Below, piece after piece: positions 28,083 through 35,718 of a stretch of 35,718 bases of DNA. The stretch spans positions 1 through 35,718 of the forward strand of contig MHWM01000032.1 in assembly GCA_001824135.1 (NCBI GenBank). Reading direction: 5' to 3'. Source of the DNA: Candidatus Zambryskibacteria bacterium RIFCSPLOWO2_02_FULL_39_14. Lineage in GTDB: Bacteria > Patescibacteriota > Minisyncoccia > Phycocordibacterales > Zambryskibacteraceae. The notes beneath the pieces were generated by a model, which was not told the origin of the DNA, ran no database searches, and saw only the letters and a program-made list of their open reading frames with translations. The position numbers were made by a program, and so were the translations under genes. Numbering within the stretch: the first letter of the stretch is position 1; the number at the start of each line of letters is the position of its first letter.

Positions 28083-28099
28083 AAGTAGATAATTCTTAA

Positions 28100-28330
28100 T
28101 TAAAGTCGTTTGATAATCCTAGCTTTACCGCCATATGGTTCGAGTTCGAGAAGTACTTTATCGCCCACTAATACACGGATGCGATGAAGTCGCATCTTTC
28201 CAGAAAGATATGACAATATTTCTTCTGATCCACCAGATGGATCATCCAACTTTACGCGAAACATAATATTAGGCAGAGATTCAACTATTACTCCCGTCCT
28301 TTCTAAATCCGAAGATTTACTTTGTTGCAT
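28100..28330 (-). CDS. infA: translation initiation factor IF-1
   Basis: ESLPNIMFRVKL, YLSGKMRLHRIRVLVGDKV. Confidence 0.97.
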   Translation of the reverse strand: MQQSKSSDLERTGVIVESLPNIMFRVKLDDPSGGSEEILSYLSGKMRLHRIRVLVGDKVLLELEPYGGKARIIKRL

Positions 28331-28333
28331 ATA

Positions 28334-29665
28334 TTACTTAACTGGTAATTGTTTTATGGTAATTCGTGAACCATCCGAAGGGAAAGATTTTTTCCAAAAT
28401 GGTCTTATAGTGGCTGTGGCCGATATTACAGTTGGATAATTATTAAGTATAGAAGAGATATATTTCTTAGGTTTACCGACAATATCAGTCTTCAAAGACA
28501 CTTCATCAGTACGCCACACTACCATAGTATCACCCGTTACAGAGAGGTGAATCTCATCTGCATTTAGTATATCTAGAGAAGAATCATCGGAGAAAGAAAG
28601 TGTAAGTAATTCTGGCTCTAGAATATCAACAGATTCACCGGGAGCAAGAGTGATCTTGCCTAAAGAAAGATAAGTAGATAAATCACTTCTTTTAAACATA
28701 ACACCATACAAATTAGCGCGCCTATTAGCTACAACACGGCCTGGAGTAGCAGAGTCCGTTTGTGGTAAGTCTTCGAAAATAATAAAGGAAAGCGACGGGA
28801 AAAGAATCAAGTCTTTAGGTACTTGAGCTATAGCATCTGAAATAAGTTCAGCTCTTAAAGATGTCTCTAGTTCATTTTTGACTCTTAATCTGTCTTGTTC
28901 ACTCACTATTTTTTCTTTCCCGACAAAACCTCTAGACATCTCTGTTTTAGAGCGGGCATAAACTGCGGTAAATAAGGAAGTGCCTTCAAGACCCGGTAGA
29001 GTAAAGTCTGTGAGACCAATATTATATTCCTTTCCGGGATTTTCTGCATAAACAGTAACCTCCAAAGAACCTGGCTGTTCACTACCATTTACCACCTTTT
29101 TTGCAGGCACAACTATAGCATCTTCGACTTGGTAAATTTTACCTTCTGGAGTTTCAAAACGAGTAGTTGCTCTAAATCTTTGAGACTTAGTGCTACTGTT
29201 GTAGACCACTATTGTACCGCTTGCTTTACGACTCACTTCTTCTTCTCCAGAAGCCAAGACTTCCACTCCTTTGTCTTTGGAGAGTTTAGCTACACTATAT
29301 GAAAGAGTATCATTACCTGTCTTTTGTGCGATAAAAGACTCATTTTTCAAAGAAAGAGCAGAGGACTTAGGTACGTAAGAGAGTGTTGCCCCGTTAAAAA
29401 TAGAAAGCAATATAAATATAAGTACTAAAAGAGATACCCCAATACCCCACCAGAAACCTTTCCTGGTTTTTTTTATGCTTGGCGGTTTAACTTCTTCTTG
29501 TGATATGTGAATACTATCGCGTGGAACCGCAGAAGAATTATATTCTTTCATTATAAATGATGAAGGTGGCTGTTCTCCATTTTTCCTGCGATTTTCTGGA
29601 ATTGGTATATCTCTTATACTTCTTTTTCTCTCTGGTACTATAATATCTTCAATTTTTTTCGGCAT
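28334..29665 (-). CDS. CPR-type single-TM protein with baseplate-J-like extracellular domain
   Basis: One TM helix, then KASGTIVVYN...TRF...VVPA...EVTVYAENPGKEYNI. Likely start is the ATG at 29665 (MPKKIEDI), 7 nt after TATAAT at 29673-29678. Confidence 0.65.
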   Translation of the reverse strand: MPKKIEDIIVPERKRSIRDIPIPENRRKNGEQPPSSFIMKEYNSSAVPRDSIHISQEEVKPPSIKKTRKGFWWGIGVSLLVLIFILLSIFNGATLSYVPKSSALSLKNESFIAQKTGNDTLSYSVAKLSKDKGVEVLASGEEEVSRKASGTIVVYNSSTKSQRFRATTRFETPEGKIYQVEDAIVVPAKKVVNGSEQPGSLEVTVYAENPGKEYNIGLTDFTLPGLEGTSLFTAVYARSKTEMSRGFVGKEKIVSEQDRLRVKNELETSLRAELISDAIAQVPKDLILFPSLSFIIFEDLPQTDSATPGRVVANRRANLYGVMFKRSDLSTYLSLGKITLAPGESVDILEPELLTLSFSDDSSLDILNADEIHLSVTGDTMVVWRTDEVSLKTDIVGKPKKYISSILNNYPTVISATATIRPFWKKSFPSDGSRITIKQLPVK

Positions 29666-29680
29666 GTACAAAATTATAAC

Positions 29681-30898
29681 CTATTTTTTAAATTTCTGCC
29701 CACTGCTTTTACGTGATAGTTCCTGATGCTCTTTTAATTGCTTATAAAACTTATCTTTATCCACTATCCCCCCTTTCTCTCTAGCAATCTCTTCAGTCAA
29801 TTCTATAGGGAAACCGTACGTAGTAAAGAGGATAAATGAATCCACCCCTTTCTCAAATTGCTTCAGACCTTCTCTCAAAGTCTTTCTGAATTTATTTTCT
29901 TCAGCAAGAATCTCTTTTTCTATTCTTTCGCTAGATTTTGCAAGTTCTGGATAAATATCTCTGTACTTTAAAATGACACTGCGAGCCACGTGAAAAAGCT
30001 CTCCGGGAGCAATACCTAAGATATCGGCATAGCGCACCGCACGGCGAATAAGACGTCTTAAAATATATCCTCTGCCAGTATTAGAAGCAATAACACCATC
30101 GGCTATCATGAATACTGATGTTCGTATGTGGTCAGAGACAATTCTCTCTGCCTTTTCTTCTGAAACTGAAGAAATATCTTTGATCCTTTTTATAATAGAT
30201 TCAAAAAGATCTGTCTCGAAAGCACTCGACACACCTTGAGTCACAAAGGTCAGACGTTCAAGACCCATACCAGTATCTACTCCTCTAATTTTAAGAGGTG
30301 TAAGTTCCTTATCTCGACTTTGGTAATATTCATTAAAAACGATATTCCAAATCTCAATTCCTCCTACATATATTTCTGTAGTCGGGCCACACGGACCTTC
30401 TTCCCCCGTCGGTCCCCAGAAATTATCTTCTCTGCCAAATTTTTTTATAATAATACTAGAGTCGATGGACTTCCAAATATCAGCAGATTCTTTGTCTTCT
30501 GGAATATTATCTGCGCCACCGAAGACAGAAATAAAATCTATCTTCAATCCAAAATCTTTAGTAATAAGTTCATGGGCATATTCGATGGCTTCTTTTTTCC
30601 AATAACCACCAAAACTGAAGTTGCCAAGCATTTCAAAAAAAGTGAGATGGCTCTTGTCTCCAACCTCTTCAATATCAGATGTACGCACACACTTTTGAGA
30701 AGAAGCTACATTAAGTGAGTTTAAATCTTTTTGAGCATCTGCCTTGCTTATGTAATACGATTTGAACTGTTGCATCCCTGCTGTAGTAAAGAGGACTGAC
30801 GGATCGTTCTTGGGTACAAGTGAAGCTGAAGGAATTATTACATGTGCCTGTTTTTTAAAAAAATCTAAGAATTGTTTACGAATTTCTCTGGATTGCAT
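29681..30898 (-). CDS. alaS: alanine--tRNA ligase, aminoacylation and tRNA-recognition domains only
   Basis: DPSVLFTTAGMQ, QKCVR, TFFEMLGNFS, GPCGP, EIWNIVF, DTGMGLER, DHIR, GRGYILRRLIRRA, TYGFP. Ends at 405 aa. Confidence 0.93.
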   Translation of the reverse strand: MQSREIRKQFLDFFKKQAHVIIPSASLVPKNDPSVLFTTAGMQQFKSYYISKADAQKDLNSLNVASSQKCVRTSDIEEVGDKSHLTFFEMLGNFSFGGYWKKEAIEYAHELITKDFGLKIDFISVFGGADNIPEDKESADIWKSIDSSIIIKKFGREDNFWGPTGEEGPCGPTTEIYVGGIEIWNIVFNEYYQSRDKELTPLKIRGVDTGMGLERLTFVTQGVSSAFETDLFESIIKRIKDISSVSEEKAERIVSDHIRTSVFMIADGVIASNTGRGYILRRLIRRAVRYADILGIAPGELFHVARSVILKYRDIYPELAKSSERIEKEILAEENKFRKTLREGLKQFEKGVDSFILFTTYGFPIELTEEIAREKGGIVDKDKFYKQLKEHQELSRKSSGQKFKK

Positions 30899-30914
30899 TC
30901 AATGAATATAACAT

Positions 30915-30944
30915 AAAAAGCGAGCCCGACATCAAAGTCGGGCT
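30915..30944 (-). terminator. intrinsic terminator hairpin
   Basis: AGCCCGAC-6 nt loop-GTCGGGCT (30923-30944), followed on the minus strand by CGCTTTTT. Confidence 0.75.
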
Positions 30945-31060
30945 GTGAGATCTTTCCAATGTTCAGAAAACCACCTGAGAACAAGGGCAATTCTGTACAG
31001 AATCATCGATCGGGACATGAGTATCCACGGTCGATCTGTGACATCGTTGATCAATTTCAT
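30932..31060 (-). CDS. putative 42-aa small protein or sRNA with its own promoter, SD and terminator (not in ORF track)
   Basis: MKLINDVTDRPWILMSRSMILYRIALVLRWFSEHWKDLTARL. GGAGG just upstream of the ATG, TTGCCA-16 nt-TATAAA promoter, stop codon in the terminator loop. Confidence 0.5.
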   Translation of the reverse strand: MKLINDVTDRPWILMSRSMILYRIALVLRWFSEHWKDLTARL

Positions 31061-31117
31061 AATCCCTCCGGAATCATTTATACCATAAATATTAATTTTG
31101 GCAAATAAGACACCATT

Positions 31118-31702
31118 TTAAAGATTTTTAAGTACTTTAAAATCCTCTTTTAGAGTGTCGAGTAAATGCTGATTATAAATAGCGGCAGCGGGATGGTAGA
31201 GAGGCGCTACTTTAAACTTGTCGGTAGTAAACACTTTTCCATGAAGTTTACTTATGGAATCCAATTCAAACTCTAATCCGTAGCGACTCATCACGTATTG
31301 CATAGAAAATCGCCCAAGAGTGGCGATCACTTTCGGCTTAATGATTTCAATTTGTCGATCAAGAAACGGCGCATATATTTCTATCTCATCAGGAAGAGGG
31401 TCACGATTACCGGGCGGGCGGTCCTTTACGATATTTGTCACATAAACATCTTTTCTCTCTATACCTGCGGAGACAAGAAGTTCATCGAGCACTTTTCCCG
31501 CCCGCCCGCAAAACGGCCTACCCGTCTTGGCTTCATTCTCCCCCGGCGCCTCACCTATAAACATTATCCAAGCAGAATGATTGCCCTCTCCTATTACAGG
31601 GAAGTATTTATTTTTAATTCGTTCTTTATATAAAGGCGAGCTCACAAGACCCAGTATCTCATCTTTTATCGCTTTTAGTGCCCTCTCTTTTTCGTTTATC
31701 AT
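31118..31702 (-). CDS. uracil-DNA glycosylase family 4
   Basis: IGEAPGENE, GRPFCGRAG, TNIVKDRPPGNRDP, TLGRF, YHPAA. Confidence 0.92.
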   Translation of the reverse strand: MINEKERALKAIKDEILGLVSSPLYKERIKNKYFPVIGEGNHSAWIMFIGEAPGENEAKTGRPFCGRAGKVLDELLVSAGIERKDVYVTNIVKDRPPGNRDPLPDEIEIYAPFLDRQIEIIKPKVIATLGRFSMQYVMSRYGLEFELDSISKLHGKVFTTDKFKVAPLYHPAAAIYNQHLLDTLKEDFKVLKNL

Positions 31703-32557
31703 CTATGAAGCTTTTGACAACAACTCATTTATTTCATTTATCACCGGCCTAGAATCAAATGTGGTTCCTAAAAACTTACTTAAAAATTCCGGATTATCTT
31801 TAATATTCGAGCACAATACCACTCCAGCACCTAATAATATTTTTTTATTTGCTTTCGAAAGAGAATTGAGACAAGTAATAGGATGTAGAGATTCACTTTC
31901 TATCATATCTTGCAAATTACCTTCTTCTGGATAATTCCAACCTATCATTGTCAGGTTCTTACAAACACCATAGTGTATGGCGGTACTGGAAAATTTGGTA
32001 TTAGTTACAAGCCAACTGTCGGTGATAGACCGGTCGACCCCGCCATAGTTGAAAACATTTTCTTGAAGGTCATCAAATCTCGCTTTTATATAAAGAGCTA
32101 TTTTCAAATCAGATTTAATACCAAGTTCATTATGAAATTTAGCTTCTACCATAATAAGTTTCTTGTCATTGTATGCCACCACATCTACTTCATGTGGTAC
32201 ACATCCGCCAAGTACTACTTGACGAGTCTCGCATCTAAATCCTTTAGCTTTGAGTACTTCAGCTACAAAATCTTCAAAGGGAAATCCTGATGGACCAAGA
32301 TCTGTAATAGCACGGCGAAGAGAATAGCTTCTGGCTACAGGCTTACTAGCCTTCTTCAGGACAGAAAAGGCGTGTTTATATATCTCAGATGTAGTCATAT
32401 CACCTCCAAGTTCCAGTGATATATGTGACAAAACATCTTCTGCCATTTTTTCTGTTGCACCGGATTTCAAAAGAGAGAAACGAAGTTTTTCTGGTTCAAA
32501 AGCTTCACGTTTGCCATTTGCCTTAATAATCATTATTTGTTTTACCGGTTGTATCAT
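31703..32557 (-). CDS. ATP-cone + PD-(D/E)xK (Mrr-like restriction endonuclease fold) protein
   Basis: IIKANGKREAFEPEKL ATP-cone. Nuclease motifs FEDFVA...HEVDVVA...VEAKFH. Confidence 0.8.
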   Translation of the reverse strand: MIQPVKQIMIIKANGKREAFEPEKLRFSLLKSGATEKMAEDVLSHISLELGGDMTTSEIYKHAFSVLKKASKPVARSYSLRRAITDLGPSGFPFEDFVAEVLKAKGFRCETRQVVLGGCVPHEVDVVAYNDKKLIMVEAKFHNELGIKSDLKIALYIKARFDDLQENVFNYGGVDRSITDSWLVTNTKFSSTAIHYGVCKNLTMIGWNYPEEGNLQDMIESESLHPITCLNSLSKANKKILLGAGVVLCSNIKDNPEFLSKFLGTTFDSRPVINEINELLSKAS

Positions 32558-32571
32558 CTTGTCATTATAAC

Positions 32572-33714
32572 CTATGAGATAACTCTATCCATCACTCCAC
32601 CACCTATACCATAGTCACCATCGTCTACTTTACTGGGAGACAAATAAAACACTATTGATTGACCGAGGGATAATCCGTTTATCGGTTTTTGAAACTCTAT
32701 ACCAAGTTCTTTACCTTCAAGAAAAAGTGTGGCAGGCACTTTATTTCCCCTATATCTTATCCTAGCAGAGAGGAGAGGATTTTTAGGTTCAGTAATCCAA
32801 TTCACACCCTTGACCACAATCTTTTTAGGCGAAAGAGAATCTATTTCCGATTTTTTATTTGAAACGGTAATAGTGTTTGCTTTAATGTCTTTTGATACCA
32901 CATAGAAAGCGCCATCCTCCGGTTTTTTCTTCAAAATATCAAAACCGTGCCTTTCTCCAATAGTGTAGAGTACGGCACCACTGTGAGAACCTATGATTTC
33001 ACCTAGAGTATTTAATACATCTCCCGGTTTAGTAGAGATAAAATGAGAAAGAAATTCTTCCATGCTGACATCACCAATAAAGCATATGCCCTGACTATCT
33101 TTCTTCTCCGAGACAGGCAGATTATATTTGCGCGCCAACTTGCGCACCTCATCCTTTTTTAGATTGCCAACTGGAAAGAGTATGTGTGCTAAATCATCTC
33201 TTGTTAAGGTCCAGAGAAAATATGATTGGTCTTTCTCTTTATCCACAGCTTCCTTCAATTGCCCATACTCAATACGAGCATAATGTCCTGTAGCAATATA
33301 GTTAGCACCCATTTCTTTGGCCTTTTTCCAAAATGCTCCAAATTTTATTTCTTTATTGCAGAGTACATCTGGATTCGGCGTACGACCAACTTTGTATTCA
33401 GCTATCATTTTATCCACTACCTCGCTTTTATACTTTTCTTCGAAATCAAAAAACAAGAAAGGAATATCTAAGGCAATGGCTACCTTCATAGCATCACGCC
33501 GTTCATCTCTCCAGCTACAAGGCAGAAAATCGGGTTGCCAGACTTTTATAAATACACCTGTTACGTCGAAACCCTTCTCCTTCAATAGTGCTGCGGAAAC
33601 AGCACTATCTACTCCACCAGAGAGTCCTACAAAGACTTTCGGCTTAGAGGTTATTTGTGTTACAGCAATTTTTTCTTTGCTATCTGGAAATGTATTTAAA
33701 CTTTTTTGCGACAT
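32572..33714 (-). CDS. mnmA: tRNA 2-thiouridine(34) synthase MnmA
   Basis: SGGVDS, TPNPDVLCN, ATGHYA, KDQSYFL, DSQGICF, YTIGER, GQSIVFY. Start uncertain (33714 or 33720). Confidence 0.95.
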   Translation of the reverse strand: MSQKSLNTFPDSKEKIAVTQITSKPKVFVGLSGGVDSAVSAALLKEKGFDVTGVFIKVWQPDFLPCSWRDERRDAMKVAIALDIPFLFFDFEEKYKSEVVDKMIAEYKVGRTPNPDVLCNKEIKFGAFWKKAKEMGANYIATGHYARIEYGQLKEAVDKEKDQSYFLWTLTRDDLAHILFPVGNLKKDEVRKLARKYNLPVSEKKDSQGICFIGDVSMEEFLSHFISTKPGDVLNTLGEIIGSHSGAVLYTIGERHGFDILKKKPEDGAFYVVSKDIKANTITVSNKKSEIDSLSPKKIVVKGVNWITEPKNPLLSARIRYRGNKVPATLFLEGKELGIEFQKPINGLSLGQSIVFYLSPSKVDDGDYGIGGGVMDRVIS

Positions 33715-34630
33715 GGTCATCGAAGTCTTCAGAATAATGCATTGTACCATCGTCTCCTGTCAAGAAATATAAGTAAGGTGTAGAAGTGGGGTTAATGGCG
33801 GCTTTTATACTCTCGAGCCCTGGATTTGATATTGGTCTTGGTGGTAATCCTTTATAGAGATATGTATTGAAAGGAGAGTCAATCTTTAAATCATCAAGAG
33901 TAAGATCCTTAGTAGTCTTGCCATTAACATAAGCAAAACTAGCATCCACCTGTAGAGGCAGGCCTAGCTCCACCCTTCTCCATAAAATACCAGAGACAAT
34001 CTCGCGGTCTATCTGAGATCGAGCTTCACCTTCTATAAGAGATGCCATGATTATAATTTCTTCGGGAGTTTTTCCGGAGAGATTGGAGTTATTGATAACT
34101 TCCGAAACTTTACGGACAAAGTTATTATTAAGCAGTTTTATGGTAGAAGAAGCAGTTACTGTAACCGGGATGAAATAAGTATCTGGAAACAAATACCCTT
34201 CCGGCGCCAAAGATTTGAAACTATCATGATCAAAGAACGGAAATCTATCATCAAAAAGATTTGAAATCTTAGCTACAGTAAAACCTTCTGGAATAGTAAG
34301 TTTAACTGTTTCTATATCGTTATGGCCATGAAATACACGCCAAGCGATAAGAAAAGTGTTCTGGGGACGAGACATGTAATATTGACCGGCTTTCATATCA
34401 CGTTCTCCGCCAAGGACAATAGCTGCCAGACGAAACCAAAAAGGTGAGCGTATAACGTTATCCTCTTGTAATTTTTCTGTAAGAACATAAAGACCAACAC
34501 CCTCTGGAATAGTGATAATAGATCCCGAGGGGAAAGAAAATGGTGGGGTTATATACCAGAGACAAGTGATGAGAAAAAACATCACAAAAATAAACAAATA
34601 AATTCTCTTGTTTATAAAACGCCTATACAT
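33680..34630 (-). CDS. mltG: endolytic transglycosylase MltG (YceG)
   Basis: TM anchor, TIPEG, EGYLFPDTY, ASLIEGE, LQVDA, SPFNTY, GLPPRPISNPG, YLYF. Likely start is the ATG at 34630. Confidence 0.93.
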   Translation of the reverse strand: MYRRFINKRIYLFIFVMFFLITCLWYITPPFSFPSGSIITIPEGVGLYVLTEKLQEDNVIRSPFWFRLAAIVLGGERDMKAGQYYMSRPQNTFLIAWRVFHGHNDIETVKLTIPEGFTVAKISNLFDDRFPFFDHDSFKSLAPEGYLFPDTYFIPVTVTASSTIKLLNNNFVRKVSEVINNSNLSGKTPEEIIIMASLIEGEARSQIDREIVSGILWRRVELGLPLQVDASFAYVNGKTTKDLTLDDLKIDSPFNTYLYKGLPPRPISNPGLESIKAAINPTSTPYLYFLTGDDGTMHYSEDFDDHVAKKFKYISR

Positions 34631-34634
34631 AAAT

Positions 34635-35717
34635 CTATACAGGTAGATTGGCAGGAGCTTCTGCCTTCTTTGAAGGAATACGAGTAAGTGTAGGTGTGGT
34701 AGATACTCCACCGTGTGGAAAATGGAATAGAGTAGCCAGCTCTTCAACAGTCAGCACATAAGGCTCACCATACAGGTGTTTAAAAGGAACATCAAAAAAT
34801 GACCGGCGTTTATAGGCTTCAAGGTGTGTTTGATGAAGCATCCTTTTTTTCTTGTCGTGAACATCTTGCCACGGATATTCAACACTCATAAACTTATTAG
34901 GTTTGATGCCATTGAGATTCTTGGAACCAAACTGACGCATACTTCCTATAAGACCCGTAAGTTTGTTCTTATCAAAGATATCTTTAGGCGCAACATAGAG
35001 CACTCTCATCATAGAGTTGAAAGCCAATTTGCCAGCATTGCGTTCTATGGCTTTAATAGTCTCGCCCTGTGTCGTGGTTAAATGTTGGAGAGTCTGAGGT
35101 TTACCTTCAGCTGGTTTAATATAAGATTCTTGTTCAATGATTTTTTTTATTTCTTTCTTAATGCTCTCTTTCCAATCAGGCTTTGGAAAGAGACGTGTAT
35201 CCTTAAGACCCTCCTTGCGATGACCTTGTATCAATATTTGTATCCACGCCTGTTCTCCGGGTTTGAGAGAACCAAGATATTCGATAAGCGGCACGAGGGG
35301 ATCCACTATTTCTTCTGGCTCTTTACCGCCTCGCTCCAGTTCGTAATCTATATATGATTTGATGGGATATGGGTCCGGTTTAACAAGGCTTGTCGTGATA
35401 CCGGAAAAATTTACCTTTTCCGGATCATAGACAACTTTGAGCGCATAATCTTCCGCCTCATAAACTTCCGCACCAGGATATTGAGCATAGATTCTCGATT
35501 CTATAATATTTTTCCACTTTGGTAATGCCCAGATGAAGAACTTAACTTCACCGCCTAACGAGACAATTTCAAGTGAGAAGAAGTCTCTAACTCGACCTTT
35601 AATAAAAACATCTGTAAGCGTACCTACCACATCTTCCCATATACCTTCTAGCACCATTTCCATAGCAGCTGGTGACTTATTTATGTCTCTCGGCAACTTA
35701 ATCTCCAGAAGCACACT
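34635..35717 (-). CDS. conserved CPR hypothetical protein (5' end outside window)
   Basis: Long ORF open to the window edge with motifs LLEIKLP, FSLEIVS, IYAQYP, YPIKSY, GEQAWIQ and EELATLFHFP, recalled from a CPR family often found with secretion/conjugation-type ATPases. Confidence 0.6.
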   Translation of the reverse strand, partial: SVLLEIKLPRDINKSPAAMEMVLEGIWEDVVGTLTDVFIKGRVRDFFSLEIVSLGGEVKFFIWALPKWKNIIESRIYAQYPGAEVYEAEDYALKVVYDPEKVNFSGITTSLVKPDPYPIKSYIDYELERGGKEPEEIVDPLVPLIEYLGSLKPGEQAWIQILIQGHRKEGLKDTRLFPKPDWKESIKKEIKKIIEQESYIKPAEGKPQTLQHLTTTQGETIKAIERNAGKLAFNSMMRVLYVAPKDIFDKNKLTGLIGSMRQFGSKNLNGIKPNKFMSVEYPWQDVHDKKKRMLHQTHLEAYKRRSFFDVPFKHLYGEPYVLTVEELATLFHFPHGGVSTTPTLTRIPSKKAEAPANLPV

Positions 35718-35718
35718 G

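Noticed and set aside
28334..29665. Prophage
   Set aside because: No other phage genes or integrase are present, and the gene sits between alaS and infA.
33680..34747. ORF-track starts for mltG (34747), mnmA (33750), scpB (10506) and the baseplate-like gene (29671)
   Set aside because: The first three overlap upstream genes extensively and the last is a TTG two codons before a better-placed ATG. Downstream ATGs fit better.
913..35357. Remaining short ORFs (about 60-160 aa) overlapping assigned genes
   Set aside because: They are antisense or alternate-frame shadows of well-supported genes, with no recognisable motifs.
1..35718. UGA-to-Gly recoding (code 25)
   Set aside because: TGA ends conserved genes at the expected positions (rpoA, rplQ, trpS), and ORFs are intact under code 11.

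Overview
Chromosomal window from an AT-rich, genome-reduced bacterium that uses genetic code 11. Gene content and style point to Patescibacteria/CPR, probably Parcubacteria (inference). All genes except murF are on the minus strand. Core blocks: (1) cell envelope and division genes (murF, M23 peptidase, murG, ftsW, mraY, asnB-like amidotransferase, D,D-carboxypeptidase, scpAB); (2) four aminoacyl-tRNA synthetases, three of them trimmed (GluRS without anticodon domain, N-trimmed archaeal-type AspRS, AlaRS without editing domain, plus TrpRS); (3) infA-rpmJ-rpsM-rpsK-rpsD-rpoA-rplQ-rplM-rpsI running into grpE-dnaK-dnaJ; (4) udg, an ATP-cone/nuclease, mnmA and mltG. An accessory island at about 13.5-20.1 kb holds the two strongest leads. 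First, three directly repeated 28-bp sites with an 11-6-11 layout (shared core ATTCGCGCGAATTAG, mosaic arms) bracket a secreted-lipase plus membrane-protein module and a tightly packed ArsR module, like recombination cassettes or an operator array. Second, an aldehyde-dehydrogenase-fold protein lacking the general-base Glu is fused to a class I LysRS-like anticodon-binding domain, next to an SMR exporter and an orphan histidine kinase. Many genes have a -10 box 6-7 nt from the start codon, suggesting leaderless mRNAs. Three short ORFs missing from the ORF track were found: rpmJ, a 36-aa ORF and a 42-aa ORF. No rRNA, tRNA, CRISPR array, transposase or integrase was recognised. Family calls come from motif recognition, not database searches.
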